The notes below the pieces were generated by a model. It had not been told where the DNA came from. It was given only the letters and a program-made list of their open reading frames with translations, and made no database searches. Both the position numbers and the translations under genes were made by a program. A stretch of 64,000 nt of DNA from Squalus acanthias (Eukaryota). Below are positions 12,101 through 27,100 of this stretch, one piece after another. Positions within the stretch are counted from its first letter, which is position 1, and every line of letters starts with the position of its first letter. The stretch spans positions 106,270,001 through 106,334,000 of the forward strand of contig CM059432.1 in assembly GCA_030390025.1 (NCBI GenBank), written 5' to 3'.

Positions 12101-15100
12101 TGCAATCCTGCCACATCCAGTCGTAAATGGTGGTGGACCATTAAACAACTAACGGGAGGAGGAGGCTCCATGAATATACCCATCCTCAATGATGGTGGAG
12201 CCCAGCACGTGAGTACAAAAGACAAGGCTAAAGCGTTTGCAACCATCTTCAGCCAGAAGTGCCGAGTGGATGATCCATATCGGCCGACTCCTGAGGTCCC
12301 CACCACCACAGAAGCCAGTCTTCAGCCCATTCGATTCACTCCACGTGATATCAAGAAATGGCTGAGCGCACTGGATACAGCAAAGGCTATGGGCCCCGAC
12401 AACATTCCGGCTATCGTGAAGACTTGTGCTCCAGAACTAGCCGCACCTCTAGCCAAGCTGTTCCAGTACAGCTACAACACTGGCATCTACCCGACAACGT
12501 GGAAAACTGCACAGGTATGTCCTGTCCACAGGACAAATCCAATCCTGCCAATTACCGCCCCATCAGTCTACTCTCAATCATCACCAAAATGATGGAAGGT
12601 GTCATCGACAGTGCCGTCAAGCGGCACTTACTCACCAATAACCTGCTCACGGATGCCCAGTTTGGGTTCCGCCAAGATCACTCGGCTCCTGACCTCATTA
12701 CAGCCTTGTTCCAAACATGGACAAAGGAGCTGAATTCCAGAGGTGAGGTGAGAGTGACTGCCCTTGACATCAAGGCAGCATTTGACTGAGTGTGGCATCA
12801 AGGAGCCCTAGTAAAACTGAAGTCAATGGAAATTGGGGGGAAAACTCTCCACTGGCTGGAGTCATACCTAGCACAGAGGAAGATGGTTGTGGTGGTTGAA
12901 GGTCAATCATCACAGCCCCAGGACATCACTGCAGGAGTTCCTCAGGGCAGTGTCCTAACCCCAACCAGCTTCATCAATGACCTTCCCTCCAACACAAGGT
13001 TAGAAATGGGGATGTTCGCTGATGACTGCACAGTGTTCAGCACCATTCACAACTCCTCAGATAATGAAGCTGCCCATGCCCGCATGCAACAAGACCTGGA
13101 CGACGTTCAGGCTTGAGCTGATAAGTGGCAGGTAACATTCACGCCACAGAAGTGCCAGGCAATGACTATCTCCATCAAGCGAGAGTCTAACCACCTCCCC
13201 TTGACATTCAATGGCATTACCATCGCTGAATCCGCCACCATCAATATCCTGGGGTCACCATTGACCAGAAACTTAACTGGACCAGCCACATAAATACTGT
13301 GGCAACAAGAGCAGGTCAAAGGCTAGGTATTCTACGGCGAGTGTCTCACCTCCTGACTCCCCAAAGCCTTTCTACCATCTACAAGTAAGGAGTGTGATGG
13401 AATACTCTCCACTTGCCTGGATGAGTGCAGCTCCAACAACACTCAAGAAGCTCGACACCATCCAGGACAAAGTAGCCCGCTTGATTGGCACCCCATCCAC
13501 CACCTTAAACATTCACTCCCTCCACCACCGGCGTACCATGGCTGCAGTGTGTACCATCTACAAGATGCACTGCAGCAACTCGCCAAGGCTTCTTCGGCAG
13601 CACCTCCCAAACCCGCGACCTCTTCCACCTAGAAGGACAAGGGCAGCAGGCGCATGGGAACACCACCACCTCCAAGTTCCCCTCCAAGTCACACACCATC
13701 CTGACTTGGAAGTATATGGCCGATCCTTCATTGTCACTGGGTCAAAATCCTGGAACTCCCTCCCTAACAGCACTGTGGGAGTACCTTCACCACATGGACT
13801 GCAGCAGTTCAAGAAGGCGGCTCACCGCCACCTTCTCAAGGGCAATTAGGGATGGGCAATAAATGCTGGCCTTGCCAGCAACGCCCACATCCCATAAAAA
13901 CGAATAAATTATTCTGCTGTGACAATTGTGGAGTGGGAAGCAAGTAAATGTTTTCCATTACAAACTAGAAAGTTATCTATCTGTGATTTAAAAACAAAAT
14001 GGGACGCAAGTTTAAGAAATTGTGAAAATAAAAAGTAACACCACGGTGCTTACTGTACTATTTTCAGCATAATTGCAATGGAGTAACCGAAGTGTATGTT
14101 ATGTAAGAAATGGATTTTTATTTATATATTCCACACATTAGATATCTATTTAAATTTGCATCATCCGTAATTCAAAACTAGAATGCCATTTAAACTTTTG
14201 ATTGTCAAAATGAATGAGCAAATGAGGAGCAAAGCAGATACGATAGCAAAATACTGCGGATGCTGGAAATCCAAAATAACAACAGAAAACGCTGGAAAAA
14301 CTCAGCAGGCCAGGCAGTATCCGTGGAGAGAGAAACAGAGTTAACGTTTCAGGTCGAAGACCTTTCGTCAGAACTGGAAAAAAGCAGGAAATGAAAAGCA
14401 GAAATCATCATGACGGATCAGCTTTACAGGTCCAGGCAGCAACAAGATATACATCAGAGGGCAAGACAACACTTGAGGGAAATGAAAGCTGCCAAAACAG
14501 CAGAGCCAATCCAAAGACACATTGGGCTGGATTTTCATTGACCCGTGGAGGCAGGTTAAAATTGTGAAAACTGGCGGGCGGGCACAAGTGCGCCTCCATC
14601 CCGCCTCCACGTAATTTTCATTAAATCGTGTCTGCTGGTCCCGACTCCATCCCGCCTTTAAGAGGCGGGATAGGCTGTTAAGACCCTTAACAAGCACTAA
14701 ATTGCCTCTATGCCATTTTGAAAGGCCTTTGTGATTTTAACCCTTGTTCTAAGTGAAGCACGCCTGTTCTGAACCACGATTGTGAAACCTGGCGGGGAGC
14801 ACATTTGGTTGGCTGGCTGGCTGGCTGTGGGGATGGAGAGGAGACATATCTGGGAGCAGACTTAGGACTGCTGCTGCTCATTTTGCAGGTCCTCTCACAG
14901 CAAAGGCCAGGCAGTCTTTGAAGACCTTCAATGCAGCAGCAATGATGACATCATCAGAGGCGACTTTCAGACTGAAAACACTAATTGGTTCATGGGTTCC
15001 CACATGCTGGAACTCAATTGCCCAATTAGGTTAAAATTGCATCAATCTCCCACATCCAATTGCAGTCGGGTGGATAACACGAAAAGTGGATGACACGACC

Positions 15101-18100
15101 CCAACCCGCCCCAGTATCAAAATCCAGCCCATTATGTTTACAAAGAGGAACTATAGAGAGAATCAAAGAAAGCAACTGAAGACAATAAAAATCAGACAAA
15201 ATCAAACCAAACTAGTTCAGACACAAGGAAACAACTGTTTCAAAATGCGTATGAATTAATTTTGCTACAAACCTGAAGCATGAACTCCATGCTGATCCTG
15301 TTTTCAATGAGCCGCATCACCAGGTGGGCTTTACACTGAAACATCTTGTAATACTTCCAAGACAGTGTGTGAGGATGACGGATTGAAAAGTGCAAGTGTG
15401 GAGCAGGACTGTAAGGATTTAAAAAAACTTTTTAAAGTACTTCCACTAATGTTTCACATGCAACAGCTACACTTCCACAAAGGTTTGTTGATATTTAAGT
15501 AGACCAACAGCCAACAGTGTTCAAAGCTGGATGGGAATGTAAGTTGTGAGGAGGATGCAAGGAAGCTTCAAGGGGATATAGACAAGCTAAATGAGTGGGC
15601 AAGAACATGGCAAATAATGTGGAGAAATGTGAAGTTATCCACTTTGGTAGGAAAAATAGAAAAGCAGAGTATTTTTTTAAATGGTGAGAGATTGGGAAAT
15701 GTTGGTGTTCAGAGGGACCTGGGTGGCCTTGTACACAAATCAATGAAAGTTAACATGCAGGTACAACAAGCAATTAGGAAAGCAAATGGTATGTTGGCCT
15801 TTATTACAAGAGGATTTGAGTATAAGAGTAAAGACGTTTTACTGCAATTATATAGGGCCCTCGTGAGACCACACCTAGAGTACAGTGTACAGTTTTGGTC
15901 TCCTTACCTCCTGCTTGCCATAGAGAGAGTGCAACCAAGGTTCACCAGACTGGTTCCTGGGATGGGGGGATTGTCCTATGAGGAGAGATTGAGTAGACTA
16001 GGCCTATATTTTCTAGAGTTTAGAAGAATGAGGGGTGATCTCATTGAAGCATACAAAATTCTTACAGGGCTTGACAGGGTAGATGCAGGGAGGATGTTTC
16101 CCCTGGCTGGGGAGTGTAGAACCAGGAGTCACAATCTCAGAATAAGGGGTCGGCCGTTTAGGACTGAGATGAGGAGAAATTTCTTCACTCAGACGGGTGG
16201 TGAATCTTTGGAATTCTCTACCCAGAGGGCTGTGGAGGCTCAGTCGTTGAGTATATTCAAGACAGAGATCGATACATTTTTGAATATTAAGGAAACCAAG
16301 GGATATGGGGATAGTGCAGGAAAGTGGAGATGAGGTAGAAGATCAGCCATGATCATATTGAACGGCGGCGCAGGCTCAAAGGGCCAAATAGCCTACTCCT
16401 GCTCCTCGTTCATTCTTTGTTCCAATTCAAATTCAGCTGCACATTACACTTTTAATATGAAATTAATTTCAATCCATCTAAATATCTAAAAAGACATTTG
16501 GTGTGGTATCATACAGATCTGGGGCAAAGGGGGAGACCCAAATTCAATTACTGAACTGTGTTGATCTAGCTGAATCATAGGCAGCAGAGTGATTAGAGCC
16601 ACCATGGGCCTCAAGAGTCCTGGGATGGAAAGAGTATCAAGAGTCCTCACTCTTGACCATGATTAAGCAACTCTTGCTGGAAAATGCCTGTGTGTGGACA
16701 TCAGATGAGGATAGGATTGAACTTAACGGTGATGATCCCGAAAGAAAAAAGTCCCCCAATACTCTCAGATTTGGCTCATACATGAAGAATTGTCACTTGA
16801 ATGACCAGCAGTGGACTGTCAGTGCACATGGAATTGGACTTAAACACAAGTCATTGACTTCAGGATGGGGGTGGAGATGGAAAATTAAGACACACAGAAA
16901 AGAAAATCATGAGATTCTAACCAAGTAACAGATTCACAAACTGACACAAGGAAATACAACAAAAATTAAATCAGATGTAATATTATGCTCAACAATAACT
17001 ATTGTAGTGTGTGTAATGGCTGGATTATAATGAAGTCATTGTTTTGCTGATAAACTCTTAGACAGCATGCACTAGAGTAGCAGTAAATCTGAAACAGGAG
17101 GAGAGAAAGAGTGCCTGAATGAGAGAGCATGGGCGACGAGCAAGAGAATGAGTGAAAGACAGATAGAGAAAAGAGAGAGAGAGAAAGAGGAGAGGGGGAA
17201 ATTGCATGAAAGTGAGCTAGGATCTCATCAACTAAGAGCCCAAATTGGTAGTAGTCATTAAGTCAGATAAGGACCTGTTCTTTAATTTAGTGTGTATTTC
17301 ATGATCACAATAATTTGATGGCTGGGTGGGTTGATTTTTTTTTTGAATCCTCTGAAGACTTAAATTAAAATCAGTAACTAGCAACACAAAAGGGGCTTTG
17401 TGCATTTTCAACCACAGCAATCAATGGCAACTGATACAACAGACCAAAGCATTACAAATGTCACAAACTCTTCAAAGATATCTACACGTGGCAGCAGTCA
17501 GCTTTGTTTGGATCCCTGAACATAACAGTCAATTATATTTTCAGTACAGGGAACAATCAGGCACTGCAAACAGCTACCAGATTGAACTGGTGAAGTCATA
17601 TTCAAGGAGAGAAAACAGACAAAAAATAGAGTAATGAAGAACTTCCTGTACCCTTTCACACGAGACAACTGCAAATAAGGGACCACTTACGTTTCTTTCT
17701 CTTTCACCCCTATAAATGTGGGGTGCAGCAAAACACCACCGGTCCTCAATTCGTAATCCACTATTTTGTCCAGTTCCTACAAAATACAAACAAACATTGT
17801 TACATCTTTCAATATTCAAATAATGGCCCAAAAATTCATCCTGCTGCGCGAGAGTACGCACTGCGTACTCTCGCGTATTCCCTCTGCAATTGCCGGTTTT
17901 CTGCATGCCCTGCGCATGCGCTGAAAACCGGCAATTGCTCTTTTGAAAAGGGGGCGGTTCCTCGGTGCATCGCGTGCGCGCTACAGGCTGCGCGCACGCT
18001 GTGCACTTCATGCTTTGGACGCGCAGGTAAGTACTGAAGATTTTAGAAATGTAAAAAGGAGTAAGACCCACTTTTAACAAGGTAAGTAGTGAATTAAGTA

Positions 18101-21100
18101 TTTTTTTGAATTTTTTTTTTTACAGGTATATCTTTTTTAGAGACTTTAAAGACAGGTAAGTTTATTTTTATAACTTTTTAAAAGATTTTAAATTTTTTCA
18201 AAAATTTAATTTTTTATTTAAAATGGTTAATTTATTTAACTATACTTATTTTATTAATGTGATGGTTTTTTTTTAAAATTTAATTGAGGTTTAGCTGTTA
18301 TTTTGGGGGGGTGTAAGATTCATAGATTTCACAGCCGTGCTGTGAAACTTATGAATGGAAGATGGTGTGCTGCCATTGGCTCTAACTGAGTCACGTGATC
18401 CCACAGCTCGCACGAATTCACTACGCCGGTGGGATACGCAAGCACTGCCCAGCTGATGTCTGGAACATCAAGTTCGTGCGAGCTGGATCTGAAAAAGCAC
18501 AAGCGAGGTGAGAGATCGCGGGGAAGGCTTACCCCCGCGGGAACAGAGCGAGATCAATTTCTGGGCCATTGTATTTTGACCAAAATGGTTATTTAACCCT
18601 CATCCATGTCTTTGTTACCTCTAGACTTGACTATTCTAATGCTCTCCCGGCCTGCCCCCATCTTCCACCCTCCATAAACTTGATCTCATCCAAAACTCTG
18701 CAGCTTGTACCCTAATTCGCACCAAGTCCCGTTCACCCATCATTCCTGTGCTCGCTGACCTACATTGGCTCCCGGTTAAGCAACGCCTCAATTTTAAAAT
18801 TCTCATCCTTGTTTTCAAATCCCTCCATGGCCTTGCCTCTCCCTATCTCTGTAACCTCCTCCAGTCCTACAACCCTCAAGAGATCTTTGCACTCCTCCAA
18901 TTCTGGCCTCTTGCACATCCCCGATTTTAAACGCTTCACCATTGATGGCCCTGTCTTCAGCTGCCTAGACCCTGCATGCGCTGAAAACCGGCATTTCCGA
19001 TCTGTCAAGAATGCTCGACAGATCGCATGCCTGCCCTGGAGAAGGGCTTCTGCAGGCGGATAGTTCCGCTTTATAGAGAACCTCCGCCCGCAGAAAACCC
19101 TTAGAAATCTTGCGCCTGGTAAAAGGCGTAAGGCCTGCTTTTACCAGCACAAGAGTTGAAAAAAAAGTTTTTAAAAAAAATTTTTTTCCACTCATTTATC
19201 ATTTAAAAATACTTTTTTAAAAAAGGTGTTTATTTTTAGTCCTGTAAAAAAACTTATTTTTTTTCAAAAAATTAAATTTGTTTAAAATATTTAATTTCTT
19301 GTAATTTCAACTCATTTTAAAAATGTGACTTTTTAAAAAATTTATTTAATGTTTTACTGTATTTTTGGGGTGATCTCCATTCATATATTTGACAGGTCTA
19401 TCTGTCAAGTGTATGAAGGCAGATTCCCTTCTTTGATTGGCTCCCCATGGCCCACGTGATCCCAGGGACGCTTGCGAACCGCATGCGCCTCTGGGATACA
19501 TGGGCCCTGCGCATTTCGAGTTGGAGAGGCCCAGGAGCGGAAGTGTCCGGACCTCGGGAGCCCTCAGCTAAGTCCGTAGATTTTTTCCAGATCGGAGGCC
19601 TCCGCAAGCAGGAAGCCTCCGATCGGAAAATACGGGCCATTAAGTTTATTCGACTTTGCAATAGGTGATCCAGATTTGGTTAAAACAAACCTGTCCAGCA
19701 CCTGTAATTCCAGAATACAATCTATACATTTGTACACTAAAGCAACTCTATCCAGTTTATTCAGAATTAAGTACATTTTTGTACAAGAAATGCTATTTTA
19801 ACTAGTCTAAAAATCATACTGCATCTACACTAAACAGTATAAACGTAAATCAGATCCTTTATTTTAAACCGTTGAATGCATAGCGTTAATTTGAAACCTC
19901 ATTATTAAGCAACAGGACTATGATTTAAACAGAAACATTAATATTTGCTTTGTTCAGTGTACAAGTCTACAACTTCATTAAATACCAAATTTGAGAAACA
20001 AATAAATGATCAAAATGAAAAATAAATTTGCAACCGGCTCTGGCTATCTAAATGACTAAAAACAGGGCTAAAAAAACACAAAAATATTGATATTATACTC
20101 AAGGGATTGGGGTTAATATATTAGCATAGATTGAGGATTGGTTAACGGACCGAAAACAGAGAGTAGGAATAAACGGCTCATTTTTGGGTTGGCAGGTTGC
20201 AACTAGGAGTGCAGCAAGGATCAGTGCTTGGGCCTCAGCTGTTTACATTCTAAATCAATGACTAAGATGAGTGGACCGAGCGTAATATATCCAAGTCTGC
20301 CGACGATGACAACAACAACTTGTATTTATATAGCGCCTTTACATAGTAAAACGTCCCAAGGCGCTTCACAGGAGTGCTATAAGGCAAAATTTTTGACACG
20401 GAGCCACATAAGATACAAAGCTAGGTGGGAAGGTAAGCTGTGAGGAGGACGCAAAGAGGCTGCAAAGGGATATAGACAGGTGGCAGATGGAGTATAATGT
20501 GGGGAAGTGTGAAATTATCCACATTGGTAGGAAGAATAGAAAAGCACATTTTTTTTTTTAAAAAAAGTGAGACACTAGTAAATTGGTGTGCAGAGGGATT
20601 TGGGCGTCCTTCTGCAGAAACCAAAGTTAACATGCAGGTACAGTAAGCAATTAGGAAGGCAAATGGTATGCTAGCCTTTATTGCAAGGGGCTTATTGCAA
20701 GGGGGTTAGAGTACAAGAGTAAAGAAGTCTTGCTGCAATTCTGTAGGGCTTTGGGAGACCACACCTGGAGAACTGTGTACAGTTTTGGTCTTATTACCCA
20801 AAGAAGGATATACCTGCCTTAGAGAGGGTGCAACAAATGTTCACTGAATTGAATCCTGGGATGAGAGAATTGTCCTATGAGGAGAGATCGAGTAGAATGG
20901 GCCTATACTCTCTGGAATTTAGAAGAATGAGAGGTGATCTCATTGAAACATTTAAAATTCGTAGCGGGCTTGACAGGGTAGATGCGGAGAAGCTGTTTCC
21001 CCTGGCTGGGGTGTCTAGAACTCGGGGGTCATGATTTCAGAATAAGGGGTCAGCCATTTAGGACTGAGGTGAGGAGAAATTTTTGACTCGAAGGGTTGTG

Positions 21101-24100
21101 AATCTTTGGAATTCTCTACCCCAGAGGGCTGCAGATGCTCAGCTGTTGAGTATATTCAAGACTGAGATCAATAGATTTTTGGACACTAAGGGAATCAAGG
21201 GATATGGGGATCGGGCGGGAAAGTGGAGTTGAGGTAGATCAGCCATTGAATGGTGGAGCAAGCTCGAGGGGCGGTAGGGCCTACTCCAGCTCCTATTTCT
21301 AGTTTCTAGTGGGTTAAATAATCTGGTTCTCATTTATAATTGGCTGCATGTAGGGACACCTCAAGTCCTGGCCAGAATGGAGATGATTGGGTAATTTCCC
21401 CAGTCAATCACGCCTGGAGATCGCACTGCTGTAAGAGACTGGGATTGATTTTACACACATAACTTTCCTCCACTCACTGCATTTTGTGCAAGAAATAATC
21501 CTGCTTTTATTGGGAGACTTTGCTGTAGTTTCTGTCATGAAGTCTTATTCCTGTAGTTCGTAGAGACTCAGTTTGCTGCAAAATAGACTGTTTTCTCCAA
21601 GTCCTGCCGCAAGTCTCGCCCCACTTCCAGCTCATTGGGTGACAGTGGTGTCAATATTCACTTTGTTTATAATTAACCTGGCATTATTTTACAGTAAGGT
21701 TAGCCCTCTTCGATTGGATTATCAGCACTGTTCATGGTACCTCTTTAATCCAGTGTCTGTATTCATTAACACCAAAGGTTTTCTTCATCCAAAGACCATA
21801 AATGTATCCCGAGATCCCTTTCAACACCCATTCATCTGACCTGCAGAAGCAAAGTTGGAAAGATAGCACTCAAAAGAATAAACAAATTTAAAATTAGTGC
21901 AACAAAATTACATCCTTTTCCCCTCTGGAGCAGTTTTAAAAGTACTGTGCCCGCCCCCCCCCCGCACCACACCAATCTTCAGATGTGTTGGAGAGAAGGG
22001 AAAGAAATAAGTTGAGAAAGTTTGCAACTGAATGCATAAGAACATAAAAGAATTTGGAGGAAGACAATCATCATTGAGGACATGTTTACAAATGCATCAT
22101 TTCAAGCACAGTGATTGGAGTGGGGCTCTGAATGATAACTCTCCCACGCAGCTCCTGCACCACACTATTGATAAAGGAGAAACAATTAAGTGGAGATTTA
22201 TATTATAGTACTTGTGGATTCCAGTTTGTGTCATAAGCAATGAAAATATAACTTGCTTTTTTGAAAAACCTAATTTGTTCCTATACTTGATTTGAATTGG
22301 CATCCTGAAACCATATAAATGATTCCAAGCTGAGACTGGCTACATGAGTATAATCTGTAAATCATTTCCTCATGTCATTTTTATCCTTAATATAAAACAC
22401 ACTCATTTTATCACAAATAGTCTTTGTTGCATTTCAATTAACCCATTGAGTATTGAATTTCTTTTGCAGTTTTCAAACAGTGCATGTTTCCTGGGTTACG
22501 GCATCTGTAATTAGATGTATGCTCACCGGAAAACTTTTCCTCTATTCCCTCATGCTGACATTCAACTATGATTAATCATAGGCAACCACCTTAGATTAAA
22601 AGACCTCATATTTCTTCCAGTCATCAACTGAACTCATCATCCATCAAAATGTTCTTCAAAATGACCATCAACATTGGTGATGAAGCACTTTAGCATTAGA
22701 GAGAATCCCTCCTTGTGGAAGGTACTAATTATTGCAAATTATTGTAAATTAAAGGGGAATACTACTTAGAGGCATTGTGTCCAGTACTCGTTTCCCATAT
22801 AGTCTTGAAGAGAGGGGAAAAAAAGCACAAAAATATTTCTCCTGCCTATTAGGGGTGATTTCTCACCACCAGAATGATGATTCACAATGTTATGTCTTAA
22901 AACTGGAAAAACACCCAGCTGACAAACGGGTCTGCTACCAAGTAACTATTATAATAGTGAGGAAATCAGCATTCTGCCTAGTTCTGGACAAAGATCAATG
23001 CGTAACAATGTAAAATATTCACTACTTGCAGGGGTGACAGCAGCGTAACATACTAAAACTTGAACATGTGTACCAGCAGGTGGTAGAATGCAAGTGTACT
23101 CCTGTGAGCCATATTTGGCAAGTTCTTATTTTTACATTACTGCTATGGGAAGGTGCGAAACAGAGACATAGCATATCTGGTAACCCCCAACAGGGAATAA
23201 AAGTAGGGTCAATCATGTGAGTCACTCTCATGCTGCTATAGAGCACTGCTGACAGTTACCTAGAAGTGGATTTGCAGGCCATCTTCTTTGCTAGGAATGG
23301 TGGGCGAAATGAGGAAAAGATAAGAAAACACAAATTATATGGGGAAGGGAACGTAAGGGGAACATTTGGTGCATGTCAGATACTGCTGTGTATGTAAATA
23401 CTTAATCACAGTTATGGAGATTTCGAAGAAAATGCTAAGTGAGAGATGAAAAATAAGAGGATTTTGAAAGCAACCACCACATTTGCAATAATCTTTGTCA
23501 AAAGTAAAGCTTGTTTTTATTCTCACACCTATTGCATGAACAATTAAAGTGAATAGGGCTGCACACATTGTTTGATGAAAAAAATTCTTAACTTAGGTCA
23601 TTCTTGCCTGCAGAATAAACTAAATATTTCATAGTTGCATGCTCCATGTCCTCCATGGATATGCCCAAGTTAGTTTTTGGAGGACCTTTATTAAGATCAT
23701 TATCTTTACAGATTTAAAAAAGGAGGTGGCATGAGGCACCAGGAGTTCGTTCTTATAGTGCAAAATAAATAATGTCACCTAGAATATAGTAGAAATTAGT
23801 GCATTACATTGAATACTTGCTTATTACTACTTTCAAATGTTGTGGATCCAAATCTCAATCTTAATACTTAGTTAAGAAGGAACTTGCAATTATATAGTGC
23901 CTTTCACAATCTCAAGATGTCCAAAAGTGCTTAACAGCCAATCAATTACTTTTAAAGTATAGTCACTGTTGTTCTGTAGGCAAACATGACCGCCAGTTTG
24001 CATGCATGAAACAAAATGAATGACCAGTTCATCTGCTGTTGGTTGAAGGATAAATGTTGGCTAGGGCAACAGAACTCCCAGGTCTTCTTTGAAAAGTCCA

Positions 24101-27100
24101 ATGTGATCAATACATCCACTTGAACAGGCAGACGGGACCTCAATTTAATGTGAAGTCTCACCTAAATTATGCACTCAAGTTTCTAGTGGGGCTTGAACCC
24201 ACACCATTCTGTCTCCGAGGCGAGTGTACCATTAACTGAATCAAGTGGACGTTGATATTAATTCAGACAGTCTGTTCATTGTAATTTTTTATATACATTG
24301 TGAAGTTTTCATAGTGCTGTAGTAGTCTATACAAAACTAGCAATGTGGTAAATTTCTTAAGATGCATGTCATTGGCTCCACCATTTTATATACTCACCAA
24401 GACATTCTGGAAATGAAACAGCCAAAGAACTGCTGAGCCAAAGCTTGCGCTAAACATCGTCTGGTAAGTGGCGTCTGATCTATAATCATGGCACTGTGCA
24501 GGAGGTTTGTGCTAAATGAAAGATGAGAAAATAGGACTAAGGTTTCAGGCAAGCAAGACATTTTATTTAGTCAAAACAAATACTGTGGTCTAAAGGTGAC
24601 AGAAATTCAGTTCAAATGTTAACAAGGCTGACTCTGTATTTCGTTAACTGATGGTATCGCTGGAACCTTGAAGCTTGCCAGCCCTTTCATATTCACTCTT
24701 TAAACTCCCACTGCACAGTAATCATATAACAATTGGCAGTTGTTTTGCCGTTTGCAAATTCAATGTTTTGAAAGAAATATTCCATTAGTCAACTATATCT
24801 TAAAGTTACAAACAAACACATTGGGACTGTTCAACTACTAAAGACTACAAACAAAAAGAACTGGCAATAAGCACAAATTTGTTTTTAAAGAGCTTAAAAT
24901 CTGGGAATAGTATTTCACCAACTATCAATTTAGAAGATGCATTCTGATCTGTATCATCTTTTTGCGAGTGCACAGATGAAACAGCACTAACAGGAGTTAG
25001 TAAATGTTTCCCTATGCAGTAATGTCATTAGCCGGTTGAACTTCAATTATCATTTTCTGCTCGAGTCTAACTGATGGCGATTTTCCTGTCTTCTTTATGC
25101 TTTCCCTATGCCATACATCATTCCCTAGGCAAGCAAATTAAAACATTGACCAGAAACATAACTGGACCAGCCACATAATTCCTGTGGCAACAAGAGCGGG
25201 TCAGAGGCTAGGTATTCTGCGGCAAGTGTCTCACCTCCCGACTCCCAAAGCCTTTCCACCATCTACAAGGCACAAGTAAGGAGTGTGATGGAATATTCTC
25301 CACTTGCATGGATGAGTGCAGCTCCAACAACACTCAAGAAGCTCGACACCATCCAGGACAAAGCAGCCCGTTTGACTGGCACCCCATCCACCACTTTAAA
25401 CATTCACTCCCTCCACCACCGGCGTACCATGGCTGCAGTGTGTACCATCTACAAGATGCGCTGCAGCAACTCGCCAAGGCTTCTTCGGAAGCACCTCTCA
25501 AACCCACGGCCTCTCCCACCAAGAAGGACATGGGCAGTTGGCGCATGGGAACACCATCACCTGCAAGTTCCCCTCCAAATTACACACCATCCTTTCTTGG
25601 AAATATATCGCCATTCCTTCATCGTCGTTGGGTCAAAATCCTGGAACGCCTTCCATAACAGCACTGTGGGAGTACCTTCACCACAAAGACTGCAGCAATT
25701 CAAGAAGGCGGCTCACCACCACCTTCTCAAGAGCAATTAGGGATGGGCAATAAATGCTGGCCTTGCCAGCAACGCCCACATCCCAGCAACAAATAAAAGA
25801 AATCTTCTCCCAGGCCTCAGTAATGCTCTTCTGGAGCTGGCCACTACAATTTCTGCAACAGCATCCTATTTAAATTTAAACTGGTTTTCCCTATGTGGAA
25901 GAACTCAACATTGTGACTCAATTTGCTACTCAATACAAGATCAGGAGCCGACCACATCGTATAACATAACTGACATTTGAGCCATTGGGGGAGCCAAGTG
26001 CTTGCTGAGGTTATCAAATGACTGGAGTAGCTGAGCCATACAGACCATGAAGGCCCCCAATTCTATCCTAGTTTGTGCTGAATTCACAGATCTCAGCCAT
26101 GTCAACAGTAGGGCCATTACACCTAGCCTCCGTATCAGATGAAAGGGTTGGGGGAAAATGGGCTACGGTTCATCCTTTGGATTGCTTACAGTGACCACTG
26201 CTGTGGACATCAATTGAAGTCAGGATCTGTGTACATATGAATAGTGACCACATGGGTGAGGTAACAAGAAGGCTACAAGCGCGCATGGAACTGTCCCCCT
26301 CAACAGGTTCAAGAGACAAATGGAGTGGAGAAAATTGATTGAACAAAGAGAGACAAAAAGCTACATTTAAACAATAAAAATACCAAACAACAACAACTTG
26401 TATTTATATAGCACCTTTAACGTAGTAAAATGTCCAACGGCACTGTGCAGGAGTATTATAAGACAAAAATTGACACCGAGCCACACAAGGAGAAATTAGG
26501 GCACGTGACCAAAAGTTTGGTCAAAGAGGTAGGTTTTAAGGATAAAAGAGAGGTAGCGAGGCGGAGAGGTTTAGACAGGGAATTCCAGAGCTTAGGACCT
26601 AGGCAACAGAAGACACGGCCACCAATGGTTGAGCGATTATAATCAGGGATGCTCAAGAGGGCAGAATTAGAGGAGCGCAGATATCTCGGGGGGGGGGGGG
26701 GGGGGGGGGGGGGGGCTGAAGGAGATTATAGAGATAGGGAGGGGCGAGGCCATGGAGGGATATGAAAACAAGGATGAGAATTTTGAAATCAAGGCGCTGC
26801 TTAACCGGGAGCCAATGTAGGTCAGCGAGCACAGGGGTGAACGGGACTTGGTGCAAGTTAGGACTCGGGCAGCCGAGATAATGTAGAAGTGAACCCACTT
26901 TCATTAAATCAAGTTAAATACCCGAGATTGGATTGTGCAATAAGTTAGAGGTCTACCGTTTCATTTCTATATCTCAGGCTTGAACCAAGCTCAAAATAAT
27001 CTGCAGTCGTAAGGCTCCTCCTTGAAACAAGCATGCTGTCTCAATCCGGTTCCTGGTGGAAATAGACCCATAGCACAAACACACCATACTTTGGCACAAA

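Noticed and set aside
22620..22925. Box C/D-like motifs (ATGATGA, CTGA) as an intronic snoRNA
   Set aside because: The complete pair is antisense to the host gene and too short; the sense-strand C box has no D box or terminal stem.
26688..26715. G28 run as a functional G-quadruplex
   Set aside because: An expanded homopolymer inside an L2 relic; the length may be a sequencing artefact and nothing supports a function.
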